Virus record (IMG/VR): IMGVR_UViG_3300028581_000012
Reading direction: 5' to 3' (one strand)
DNA: 64,000 nucleotides
From: a virus
The notes beneath the pieces are model-generated. The model worked only from the letters and a program-made list of their open reading frames with translations, was not told the origin of the DNA and ran no database searches. This document shows, piece after piece, positions 1-8,243 of the stretch; within the stretch, counting starts at the first letter, position 1, and every line of letters begins with the position of its first letter. The position numbers and the translations under genes are program-made.

Positions 1-2
1 AG

Positions 3-28
3 TTTTTCTGTTCCATTTTCAATATCTT
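3..28. repeat. Direct repeat (25/26 nt identical) of 845..870, the 3' end of the metallophosphoesterase gene; flanks the HNH cassette
   Basis: tttttctgttccattttcaatatctt (3-28) vs tttttcagttccattttcaatatctt (845-870); both encode DIENGTEK on the minus strand. Confidence 0.85.
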
Positions 29-645
29 TTTTCTAAATTTTCAAACCACCATAAAGGTTGTAAATTCGTATAATGACATAAGTCATATATTTCATCTTGT
101 GTTTTACCACTTATGAGTGGAATAATATGGTCAATGTGCCACCCATTTAGACCATAGTTTTCCCAACTCATCCCTTCTTTGAATTGTTTTTCAAGGTGTT
201 CTTTTAATTTAATTGGTTCACACCCAACTATGTCAAATGTTGAGTTACTTTTTGTTATGTTTTTACTTTTTAAAAAATTCTTAATCCTACTTCTAACATT
301 ACACCTTATTTTAAAAACATCGTCATATTTTTTTCTCTCTTTAGCGTAATTATTAATTTTTTCTTTATTATTTTCTCGATATTTTTTAGCTCGTATTTTT
401 TGTTCGTCTTTAGTTTTTTCTCTGTATTTTTTCTTAGTCTCTTTGTGTTTTTTAAGATTTCTGAAATACGTTTCTTTGTTCCAATTGTTAATTTTTTCTT
501 TATTTATTTTTCTGTAAGAATTAATTCTAATTCTTGTGCAAATTTTACATTCATTTCTTACACCATCTTTTGAGTCTTTTCTTAAATGAAAATCATTTAA
601 GGTTTTTTCAATATTACAAATGTTACAAATCTTTGTATTTTTCAT
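19..645 (-). CDS. HNH-type homing endonuclease with N-terminal Cys4 zinc-ribbon and basic helical linker
   Basis: CNIC...CKIC at the N-terminus, K/R-rich helical repeats, then GMSWENYG..WHIDHIIP...CHYTNLQPLW..NLEK (HNH/endonuclease VII-like core). Confidence 0.8.
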   Translation of the reverse strand: MKNTKICNICNIEKTLNDFHLRKDSKDGVRNECKICTRIRINSYRKINKEKINNWNKETYFRNLKKHKETKKKYREKTKDEQKIRAKKYRENNKEKINNYAKERKKYDDVFKIRCNVRSRIKNFLKSKNITKSNSTFDIVGCEPIKLKEHLEKQFKEGMSWENYGLNGWHIDHIIPLISGKTQDEIYDLCHYTNLQPLWWFENLEKRY

Positions 646-784
646 TTTTATAATCTTTAAGAAGTTTATTTACTAATGAAGACAAGTTAATGTGTAAAGA
701 ACGATAAAATTTTAATAATTCAGGTTCAAGCGCAACCGATACTTTTGTTTTTTTATCTTCATCTTTTATTTTCAATCTTCCCAT
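623..784 (-). CDS. Small ribbon-helix-helix-like DNA-binding protein (53 aa, not in the ORF track)
   Basis: Manual translation MGRLKIKDEDKKTKVSVALEPELLKFYRSLHINLSSLVNKLLKDYKNEKYKDL; KVSVAL strand plus NLSSLVNKLL helix pattern; overlaps the HNH start; TATTTATA 4 nt upstream. Confidence 0.65.
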   Translation of the reverse strand: MGRLKIKDEDKKTKVSVALEPELLKFYRSLHINLSSLVNKLLKDYKNEKYKDL

Positions 785-788
785 ATAA

Positions 789-796
789 TATAAATA
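789..796 (-). promoter_or_regulatory. TATTTATA upstream motif (putative late promoter)
   Basis: 4 nt before ATG at 784; recurs in at least 13 intergenic gaps. Confidence 0.55.
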
Positions 797-829
797 TCTT
801 AATAAATTAAAAAGTGTGAATATTATTAA

Positions 830-1609
830 TTAAATATTTAATAATTTTTCAGTTCCATTTTCAATATCTTCAAATGAATTAATTGAAAATTTTAAAAAAG
901 GTTTAGGGTTTGGTAAATCGACATAAGAATATTCTTTTGTGTTAACATCATAAATTCCATAACCATGTCTTCCAATACTTTCTCCAATGTTCTGTTGAAT
1001 TGGTGAACCGACCATATATCCTTTTCCTGTTTTGAATTTGAACTCTTGTCTTTTGTGAATATCTCCACATAAGACAACTTCAAGACCATCAAACTTTTCA
1101 ACATCGTATGCTTCTTCACCAAAGTCAAACCCTAAATCAGTTTTCATTCCTTGTATTGGTCCGTGAAATAAACCAATTCTCACACCTTTAGCATCTGTAA
1201 TATCTGGTGGAATGTTTCCTTGAAATTGCGAATATACGCACCAACTAATATTGTCGTCCTCATAAACACCTCTATCTTTATAATAAACAATATTCTTACT
1301 ATTCAAGGAATTGATAATTGGTGATAACGCATCCAATCTATCTAAATTATTTAAAATTGCATCATGGTTTCCAGGTATAATAATTGTTTTACAAATAAAC
1401 GAACATTCAGTTAAAACCCATCTAACCATTTCAATAAGTTCAGGTGTCATTTGATTTTTAGAATGAACAAGGTCACCGGTAAAAATAATTCTATCGGGCC
1501 CCAATTCTTTCCATTGTTCAATTGCGTTTTCCAAAATTGACCTATACAAATCGTGGTCTTTGAAAAGACGAATATGTAAATCTGAAAAGTGAACTAGTTT
1601 TTTAATCAT
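830..1609 (-). CDS. Metallophosphoesterase, Mre11/SbcD/T4 gp47-like recombination nuclease subunit
   Basis: Calcineurin-like motifs SDLH, TGDL, PGNHD, FHG, GDIH, VGSP. Confidence 0.85.
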   Translation of the reverse strand: MIKKLVHFSDLHIRLFKDHDLYRSILENAIEQWKELGPDRIIFTGDLVHSKNQMTPELIEMVRWVLTECSFICKTIIIPGNHDAILNNLDRLDALSPIINSLNSKNIVYYKDRGVYEDDNISWCVYSQFQGNIPPDITDAKGVRIGLFHGPIQGMKTDLGFDFGEEAYDVEKFDGLEVVLCGDIHKRQEFKFKTGKGYMVGSPIQQNIGESIGRHGYGIYDVNTKEYSYVDLPNPKPFLKFSINSFEDIENGTEKLLNI

Positions 1610-1844
1610 TTAATTGTGTTTTATCTCCGCAGTATATTTCGTATGGTGGTTTGAATGGGTCATCATTTTTTGGAAAAGGGTTAATTGGTATTGGTACGCG
1701 GTATGGTTCAGTTATTCCAATCTTTGGTTCATCTTTTACTTCCCCCATTTTTTCCACAATAGGTGTGATATCTATGTGTTTGTTTTCAAGTTTACCGGTT
1801 AAATACCCTTCTAACCAAATATAAAATTCTTTATAACTTAACAT
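1602..1844 (-). CDS. Hypothetical protein, Pro-rich C-terminus
   Basis: 80 aa ORF overlapping both neighbours; EFYIWLEGYL N-terminus. Confidence 0.7.
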   Translation of the reverse strand: MLSYKEFYIWLEGYLTGKLENKHIDITPIVEKMGEVKDEPKIGITEPYRVPIPINPFPKNDDPFKPPYEIYCGDKTQLND

Positions 1845-1987
1845 AATTCTCTACAATAAAGGTTTGCCAATACAATTCTTGCGAACTTAAATTCTTTTGC
1901 TCTGTTTAATTTTAATCCATAAGCAAGTGCCACAGTTTTAAGGTGAGGATATGCTTGTGATACTGTCATTTTTCCTATTTCTATCAT
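1838..1987 (-). CDS. Small hypothetical protein (49 aa, not in the ORF track)
   Basis: MIEIGKMTVSQAYPHLKTVALAYGLKLNRAKEFKFARIVLANLYCRELC; ATGA overlap with the upstream stop; fills the gap exactly. Confidence 0.65.
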   Translation of the reverse strand: MIEIGKMTVSQAYPHLKTVALAYGLKLNRAKEFKFARIVLANLYCRELC

Positions 1988-2202
1988 TTTTCAAATAATT
2001 GTAAGTCTTTGTTAACGTGACCACAATCATTACACATATATGTTGGAAATGGTACAATCGTATCTTCGTGACTACCTGTTAGTAATTTTGAAACTTTTTT
2101 TAATAAAGTAATTTCTTTAAAGTATGTTGATTCACACTTTTCACACTTGACGGTTTCTTGCTGTCGTAAGTCTATTTTGGGTCTAATAATTTCTTCACTC
2201 AT
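1984..2202 (-). CDS. Small zinc-ribbon protein
   Basis: CEKC...CNDCGH. Confidence 0.75.
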   Translation of the reverse strand: MSEEIIRPKIDLRQQETVKCEKCESTYFKEITLLKKVSKLLTGSHEDTIVPFPTYMCNDCGHVNKDLQLFEK

Positions 2203-2205
2203 AAT

Positions 2206-2454
2206 TTAATAATTTACAATTTCTTCTTCCTCGTTGGAGTATTTTTGTTTTATCATTTCAGTATTGAATGTAAATTCATCCACTAAATTAGACTCAGAAC
2301 CACCTTCAATGGTTTCTTCATACATTATTTGATTGAAATGTTCAAGAATTTCTTCTTCACTTTTTCCTTGTAAGTTTGGATAATCCTCCAAATTAATTTC
2401 AATCGGCCCATAGGATTCAAAAACCGAATAAGTTTTGGTCATATAAATTTTCAT
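2206..2454 (-). CDS. Hypothetical acidic protein
   Basis: 82 aa Glu-rich ORF in operon order. Confidence 0.7.
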   Translation of the reverse strand: MKIYMTKTYSVFESYGPIEINLEDYPNLQGKSEEEILEHFNQIMYEETIEGGSESNLVDEFTFNTEMIKQKYSNEEEEIVNY

Positions 2455-2543
2455 TTGATTATATAATTAACGTTTATTTTAAATTTTATTAAATGGTCCC
2501 AACTTGTTGTTGTGTACCATAGTGGTGTAATATTTTTTTCCAT
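2451..2543 (-). CDS. Small hypothetical protein (30 aa, not in the ORF track)
   Basis: MEKNITPLWYTTTSWDHLIKFKINVNYIIK; its TGA overlaps the next ATG (ATGA). Confidence 0.5.
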   Translation of the reverse strand: MEKNITPLWYTTTSWDHLIKFKINVNYIIK

Positions 2544-2559
2544 ACTAAAAGATAATTTA

Positions 2560-3426
2560 TTAATTTATTTTTGTCAAATACTTTGTCATATCCATTTTTA
2601 AAATAATATCAACAACTTCTTTTGGAATGCGGTATTCTTTAAACTCAGTATCTTCTTTTAAATGCACAATTACCCCTCCAAGTAATGGTGTATTTTCATA
2701 TTTACTACCTTCTAACATTTTCAAAAGTAATTTACCATAAAAAGGTAATTGTGTGTTGTAATGTCCAAGAGCATTATTTGGAAGGTTTTCAAATGGTTTT
2801 TTCATAGGTTTTGTAAAATTATTAATCTCCATATTTTTTTCCTTATTTGTTTTCCAATCTGTAATCACAAACCCAAAACCGGTTTTTTGTTTATTAAACA
2901 TAATCCAAACCTTATCAGGTTGACCGGTATAACCAAGTTCGGGATGACCTAAAACAATTTCCGTATCAAGTAATACAGCACCTCTTTCTTCCATAAGTGA
3001 TAAAAACTTTTTACCACCCTTAATCATTTTATCCCCTTTCATAACAAGTTCCAAATCACATTCAAAAAGTGGTTGTCTAACTTCCTTATCAATTTTGAAT
3101 CTGTTTATTGTTTCCAATTCCAACTCATAGTGAACTCTACTTCCCATATTAGTTGATATTAAACCACTTTGTTTCCATTCTTCTAAATAGGTATGAGTCA
3201 AATATGGGTCACCTTTTGCCATTCTTCTTGCAACTTCCTCTGATGGAAATTCATCATAAAACAATTTCATAACTTTTGATACAGATGGAAAGTCGTCTCT
3301 TACTTCACCATTAATATCCAACATAGTATATCTATGTTTATCTTCTTCAAAAGTTAATTGAAACTCACTTTGTTTTTGAGTTATTATTTCTCTTATTTCT
3401 TTTGCTATTTTTTTTAAATCTATCAT
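2560..3426 (-). CDS. PD-(D/E)XK family exonuclease (Cas4/lambda-exonuclease-like)
   Basis: PSVS, GSRVH, E..L, GQPDKVW, DWKT, HYNTQLPFY motifs. Confidence 0.75.
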   Translation of the reverse strand: MIDLKKIAKEIREIITQKQSEFQLTFEEDKHRYTMLDINGEVRDDFPSVSKVMKLFYDEFPSEEVARRMAKGDPYLTHTYLEEWKQSGLISTNMGSRVHYELELETINRFKIDKEVRQPLFECDLELVMKGDKMIKGGKKFLSLMEERGAVLLDTEIVLGHPELGYTGQPDKVWIMFNKQKTGFGFVITDWKTNKEKNMEINNFTKPMKKPFENLPNNALGHYNTQLPFYGKLLLKMLEGSKYENTPLLGGVIVHLKEDTEFKEYRIPKEVVDIILKMDMTKYLTKIN

Positions 3427-4340
3427 TTGAATTCTACGTAATATTTTTCAATGTCACCTCTAAGGTCACATACATCTTTATCTTTTGGTAGTTTTACTAA
3501 CTTTACTCTATTGTAAAGTGCACCACCATTTAATTTATCATATAAGTTTTTTGCGTCAGTGTAAGCATCACCATCCAAACAAACTATTATATTCTTTTTT
3601 GCTTTGGTATATAATTTTTCCCAAAGATTGTCATTTAAAAACTTTCCTAATAAACAAATAGAATTATCTAAAAAGAAACTATCAAACACCCCCTCAACCA
3701 AGTATATGTCTTTTTTCCAATCAATTAAACTTTCATTAAAAATTAGAAAATCCTTTGATGCTTCGGGGTTTTTGTATTTTAATTTACTTCGTGGGTTCCA
3801 AGACCTTGATACAAAAAAGTTGAGTTCTCCTTTTTTATCAAACGAGGGGACTACTATTCTTCCTGCATATTCACCTTCCAAACAGAAACCAATTTGATAT
3901 TTTTCAATTATATAATCGGAAATTCCCCGTTTATGTAGGTAATTTATGGCTTCTTTTCTTGGAATATGGAGTGGGTGGACCTCATCAAACTTTTTGTATT
4001 CTTTTGGTAGTTCAAGTTTTTTATAAACCTTTTCTTTTTTTTCAAACTCATCGGGTCTGATTAACTTATAGATTTTTTTATCTTTTTTTGAACCAAACTT
4101 ATCAATAAGTTTTCCTAAATGTCCGTGAGTACCGTGTGTTTCAGAACAACCCCAGCATTTATAAACGTGTTGTTGATAATTGATTTCAAGATTACCTTTT
4201 CCATCTGTCTTATCCATTCCTTTTATCTCGTGTGAACATACAGGACAATCTACCGAAATTTGTCCTCTAATTTCATTTACCATCTTTGGTTCTCCAAAAA
4301 TGTTTGTTATAAGGTCTATGATTAATTCTTCAGCTTCCAC
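3423..4340 (-). CDS. dnaG: DNA primase (zinc finger + TOPRIM)
   Basis: CPVC...YKCWGC zinc finger; KYKNP; LVEGVFD and CLDGDA TOPRIM motifs; KDVCD; GTG start. Confidence 0.9.
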   Translation of the reverse strand: MEAEELIIDLITNIFGEPKMVNEIRGQISVDCPVCSHEIKGMDKTDGKGNLEINYQQHVYKCWGCSETHGTHGHLGKLIDKFGSKKDKKIYKLIRPDEFEKKEKVYKKLELPKEYKKFDEVHPLHIPRKEAINYLHKRGISDYIIEKYQIGFCLEGEYAGRIVVPSFDKKGELNFFVSRSWNPRSKLKYKNPEASKDFLIFNESLIDWKKDIYLVEGVFDSFFLDNSICLLGKFLNDNLWEKLYTKAKKNIIVCLDGDAYTDAKNLYDKLNGGALYNRVKLVKLPKDKDVCDLRGDIEKYYVEFK

Positions 4341-4346
4341 CCTTTA

Positions 4347-4374
4347 AAGATAAGAATTATAGGGTAAATGTCAA
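4347..4374 (-). promoter_or_regulatory. Putative host-RNAP (early/middle) promoter upstream of primase
   Basis: TTGACA-N16-TATCTTT, also readable as TTG-N19-TAnnTTT (Bacteroidota-like spacing); directly after a terminator. Confidence 0.5.
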
Positions 4375-4379
4375 TTAAC

Positions 4380-4407
4380 AAAAAAACCCACCTTTGAGGG
4401 GTGGGTT
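4380..4407 (-). terminator. Rho-independent terminator
   Basis: Minus strand AACCCACC-cctcaaa-GGTGGGTT followed by a T run. Confidence 0.8.
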
Positions 4408-4425
4408 ACTCTAATTTTATTTTAT

Positions 4426-4899
4426 TTACCTATTTCCATCAAAAAAAATCAATTCTTGTCTACAAAATAATTGATAATTTTTTTTCTTACCGTCAGTTTT
4501 AACCATTATTCTTTGTTCATAATCAACCCTACCATTCACGTCCATATTTTCTGTTGCAGTTCCCCCTTTTACTAATTTTTGTGTCGCCGTAAAACCAAAA
4601 GTTTGACCTGGTTGTACTACAAAAGGTAATTGTTTGTCAGGTCTAATTCTCATATTATCGTTCATAGGTTGAATATCGTATATTGTGATAGGTAATGACC
4701 CAGCATTTTTAACTCCTGTAAACTTAAAATCAATTGTGTCTCCAAATTCAACAAGAGTTTTACGTGGATTTATAACTTGCAATTGTCCCGTTAATGGTCC
4801 CGCATTTCCTCCCATCATTCCAGGATTAGATTGTTCTAAAACAATTCTTCTAACAATTCTTGTTAAATCTGATTCTGTTAATCTTACTATTCTTTTCAT
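4426..4899 (-). CDS. Leader-bearing protein with Ig-like (DUF1573-like) domain; putative virion internal protein
   Basis: MKRIVRLTESDLTRIVRRIVLE leader; FKF..VKNAGSLPITI...VVQPGQT pattern. Confidence 0.6.
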   Translation of the reverse strand: MKRIVRLTESDLTRIVRRIVLEQSNPGMMGGNAGPLTGQLQVINPRKTLVEFGDTIDFKFTGVKNAGSLPITIYDIQPMNDNMRIRPDKQLPFVVQPGQTFGFTATQKLVKGGTATENMDVNGRVDYEQRIMVKTDGKKKNYQLFCRQELIFFDGNR

Positions 4900-5326
4900 A
4901 CTAAAATATTTTTAATAATTCATTCCCCCTCTATCAGGTCGAATTTTATCTGCAATATATTGAAAGTTTTTAATAAATAAAGTAGCTAAAGTTGCAAAAG
5001 TAACAAGACCACCAACAGCAGCAATTTTGTCTGACTTTTTTGTTCTTCTTACTTCTCTTCTGATTTTTCTTCCCGTTCTTCTAAACCATTGAACTAATTT
5101 TTTTAACCATTTTGGTTTTCTTCTTGATAACTCCATTATGTAGTTTTCAGCTTCTTCTTCTGTCATATCTGCAAATAAATTATCTACACATCTTTCCATT
5201 GCCATATCATTGTTTTCGTCACAATTTTCTATAGCAACTTCAGCTTGCATATTTGTATTTTCGTTAACAATTCTTCTAACAATTCTTGTTAAATCTGATT
5301 CTGTTAATCTTACTATTCTTTTCATA
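4840..5326. repeat. 61-nt perfect direct repeat (4840..4900 and 5266..5326) encoding the shared leader MKRIVRLTESDLTRIVRRIV
   Basis: aacaattcttctaacaattcttgttaaatctgattctgttaatcttactattcttttcata occurs twice. Confidence 0.95.
4912..5325 (-). CDS. Leader-bearing protein with basic amphipathic helix and C-terminal hydrophobic segment
   Basis: Same 20-aa leader; KPKWLKKLVQWFRRTGRKIRREVRR; IAAVGGLVTFATLATLFI. Confidence 0.65.
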   Translation of the reverse strand: MKRIVRLTESDLTRIVRRIVNENTNMQAEVAIENCDENNDMAMERCVDNLFADMTEEEAENYIMELSRRKPKWLKKLVQWFRRTGRKIRREVRRTKKSDKIAAVGGLVTFATLATLFIKNFQYIADKIRPDRGGMNY

Positions 5327-5350
5327 ATTATTTTTTTTTAGTTATTTTAC

Positions 5351-5358
5351 TATAAATA
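5351..5358 (-). promoter_or_regulatory. TATTTATA upstream motif (putative late promoter)
   Basis: 25 nt before ATG at 5325. Confidence 0.55.
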
Positions 5359-5385
5359 CTTTACAAATACAAAAAAAACCAATCT

Positions 5386-5991
5386 TTACCAAATTTTTTT
5401 TTCTTTCATATAACCAAGAACACAAGTGTAAGAATCCGCCATATCAAAACATTCTTTTTTCAAAGTGTTATTCTTTGTGTAATGCCAAGTGATTTGAGGT
5501 TCTTTATCTGAAACTTTTTTCCAAATAATTTCTTTTTTATCTGCATCTTTTGGTAATCCACCAAACAATACAAATTTATCTTTGTCATTTTTTTGTATTA
5601 AATCAGGCCAAGCATATTTTCTTGAATTGTATGTTGAAATGTAGTTTGGAACAATACCCAAAATATCATAAATTGATTTTGTAATCATTGAATTATATCT
5701 TAAAAGTATCCCAACTGTCCATACATTGTTTGAATTTAATAATGGTTCCTCAATTACTACTTTAGTAATACCAAGGTTTCTGTAATTTTGAAGTTTTTCT
5801 TCAAATGAAACGACCTTTAATAATAACTCTTGGATTTTATCTTCAGGTTTAGGTTTTATCACTGGTGAAAAATGTGTTAATTCTAATAACTCTTTTGATT
5901 GAATGTCAAATAAAGACCACCCGATTGTTCGAGTTGATATGTCTAAGCCAAGAACTTTTGGTGAGTTCTTCAAATCTGATTTTGTCCCCAT
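5386..5991 (-). CDS. RuvC-like Holliday junction resolvase
   Basis: VLGLDISTRTIGWS (RNase H-fold strand 1 Asp), VVIEEP, C-terminal DMADS acidic pair. Confidence 0.75.
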   Translation of the reverse strand: MGTKSDLKNSPKVLGLDISTRTIGWSLFDIQSKELLELTHFSPVIKPKPEDKIQELLLKVVSFEEKLQNYRNLGITKVVIEEPLLNSNNVWTVGILLRYNSMITKSIYDILGIVPNYISTYNSRKYAWPDLIQKNDKDKFVLFGGLPKDADKKEIIWKKVSDKEPQITWHYTKNNTLKKECFDMADSYTCVLGYMKEKKIW

Positions 5992-5997
5992 ATAAAA

Positions 5998-8211
5998 TTA
6001 AAAATCGTACTTAATAGGATACTGTTGGACACCTTGTCTTTTTTCAGGTGATTGTATCTTAGAAATAACCATAAGTTCTTTGTCTGCATTGTAAAGTGCA
6101 ACTTCAGTAACATAAGGTGGTGTCGTACCATCCCAAGTTGGATTTGAAGAATCAAAGAATTGTGTTTGACCTAAATTACATAAGAAGTTCATAACATATA
6201 TAGTTGCTTGAATATCTGTTTCAATTGTACCAAAAAAGAAGAATTCACCACCAAAGTTTAATGTAACCCCCGTTTGATTTAATACAGGTAATGTTATATA
6301 ATCATTAAGGTCATATATTGGTGCAGTGTCATACATATTTTTTGTCAACTGTAAAGTTGTTCCAGTTAAACCTGTTACAGTTAGATAACCACCAACCGTT
6401 GTTGCTGATAACTGTGATGTGACATCAATTTCTCTCCATTGCGTTACATCAGGTCTTGTTGTTGCTGTTGTAACTTTTTGAGCCAATAACTTTATATCAT
6501 TTGCCGTAAATCCTGATGGTAATCCAACTGAAGGTACTTGTAAAAATGGGAACTCATTACCAAACCTAACAAGGATGTCAGAAGCGCCCGGTAATAAACT
6601 TTGGTCGTTTCCTGTGATTGTTTGGTAGTAATTACAATGAAGTGAATTTGTAAATGCTGAGTTATTAAATCTATATGTTAAAAACAAAGTTTCAGTATTT
6701 CCTGTTAACAATCCTTGAGTTCCACCTAAAACGCCACTAAATGTATTTGGTGTTACTAAACCTAATTTAGGTGCCGGTAAAGTCCAACTTCTATTTGATT
6801 TGTAATTTAATGCTGCAACTATTTCATCATCATCAAAAACAATAATTTTTAAATCAGGAAAAACCTTACCAACTCTATTTGGGATACCATTTGAATTTGC
6901 GTGAGTGTCCCAAAGATGATAATATCTTAAACCAGGAGCATTAAAGTTTATACTTTTTCTTGACTCAATATAATGTGGAGTAAATAAATTTAAACTAGTA
7001 AAACCTGATGGGTCTGTATATAATACTTCACCAGTTGTACCACTTGGATTTTTATGCCACATTAACCACGGAATTGAAAGTTTGAAGTTTATTGCTTGAC
7101 CTGTATTTCCCGGATTGTTTGCGTCAAAATCTTGCATTGCAAACTTTTCACCATAATAATTGTCTATTGCTTGATTTGTGTAATGTACAATCGCAATGGC
7201 CTTTTGTTCGGATGGTTTTAGAGTTATTTTTTCAGAAAATGAATTATAAAAATAAACTGAGTCAGTATCTGTTTGACCACTATCGGAATAGTAACCCAAA
7301 TATTCTTTAGAACCCGTATATCCTGTTGATGCGAATTGATTAAAGTCTTGGTTTACCGTATCAAAAATACCAGCCGGTGATTCTGTCCACGGAATGTTCA
7401 TATTCCAAACTTTAACATCATTTTGTGAAACATCACAATTAGTTTCAAAATTAAATACATTCGGATGCCAATAAGGTTCAGGTGTAAAAGAATCATAAAT
7501 AACAGTCATACCTGATGGGTAAAAAACAACTCTTGAGTCACCAGTATAACCCATTCCACTAAAGTTTGGTAGTTGTCTATCAACTTGTATATTTACGGTT
7601 GTCGCAGTAGATGTGTCACCTGTTACTCCAACCACAACATAACTAAATATCGGCGCCGCTCCTGTAAATGGTTGTATGTTATCCGTTCCAAATAAAAATA
7701 AAAACATTCCATTTGTAACTGTACCTGATACCGTTGGGTCAATACTTGAATATGTTAATGTTAATACATCTCCCGAGGTTACCGCCGAATTTGAAACAAT
7801 AAAATTTGGATTAATTGTATAGGCTGTTGAGGTGTATGCACTAAAAACAACGGGTGAGCCAGTTGACCCTGTGAAAAAACCACGAGGAGCTGCACTATTA
7901 AAAACATTATCTATGTAAGACGCATCAAATGGAACACCTAAAGTACTTCCTGATGTTGAGTCCACAAATAACGGGTATTTAACTTGCATTCTATTTTTTT
8001 CAGGAATTGGAGCTAAATTTTGTGCGTTGTATTGAGGCATTAAAACATTAAGTTGTACATAATCTGTATTACTTGTACAGTTATAACAAACTTCACTATC
8101 TCCTACCTCAAAATAAGAAATATCAAATTTACCTTGCGATATCTTTTTTCTTGCTGCGTCAGTGATTATGGTGTTAATTAACGCTGAGGTATTTTTGATT
8201 ATATATGACAT
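5998..8211 (-). CDS. Tail/baseplate structural protein
   Basis: Ser/Thr/Gly-rich; N-terminal ITDAARKKISQGKFDISYFEVGDSE and C-terminal YVTEVALYNADKELMVISK resemble tail-fibre/collar attachment proteins; located in the tail cluster. Confidence 0.6.
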   Translation of the reverse strand: MSYIIKNTSALINTIITDAARKKISQGKFDISYFEVGDSEVCYNCTSNTDYVQLNVLMPQYNAQNLAPIPEKNRMQVKYPLFVDSTSGSTLGVPFDASYIDNVFNSAAPRGFFTGSTGSPVVFSAYTSTAYTINPNFIVSNSAVTSGDVLTLTYSSIDPTVSGTVTNGMFLFLFGTDNIQPFTGAAPIFSYVVVGVTGDTSTATTVNIQVDRQLPNFSGMGYTGDSRVVFYPSGMTVIYDSFTPEPYWHPNVFNFETNCDVSQNDVKVWNMNIPWTESPAGIFDTVNQDFNQFASTGYTGSKEYLGYYSDSGQTDTDSVYFYNSFSEKITLKPSEQKAIAIVHYTNQAIDNYYGEKFAMQDFDANNPGNTGQAINFKLSIPWLMWHKNPSGTTGEVLYTDPSGFTSLNLFTPHYIESRKSINFNAPGLRYYHLWDTHANSNGIPNRVGKVFPDLKIIVFDDDEIVAALNYKSNRSWTLPAPKLGLVTPNTFSGVLGGTQGLLTGNTETLFLTYRFNNSAFTNSLHCNYYQTITGNDQSLLPGASDILVRFGNEFPFLQVPSVGLPSGFTANDIKLLAQKVTTATTRPDVTQWREIDVTSQLSATTVGGYLTVTGLTGTTLQLTKNMYDTAPIYDLNDYITLPVLNQTGVTLNFGGEFFFFGTIETDIQATIYVMNFLCNLGQTQFFDSSNPTWDGTTPPYVTEVALYNADKELMVISKIQSPEKRQGVQQYPIKYDF

Positions 8212-8215
8212 ATTT

Positions 8216-8223
8216 TATAAATA
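8216..8223 (-). promoter_or_regulatory. TATTTATA upstream motif (putative late promoter)
   Basis: 4 nt before ATG at 8211. Confidence 0.55.
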
Positions 8224-8243
8224 TATTTTTTTATAAATTTATT

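Noticed and set aside
4840-5326. 61-nt repeat as IS ends or attachment sites
   Set aside because: Both copies coincide exactly with gene starts and encode the same peptide; no transposase or integrase nearby
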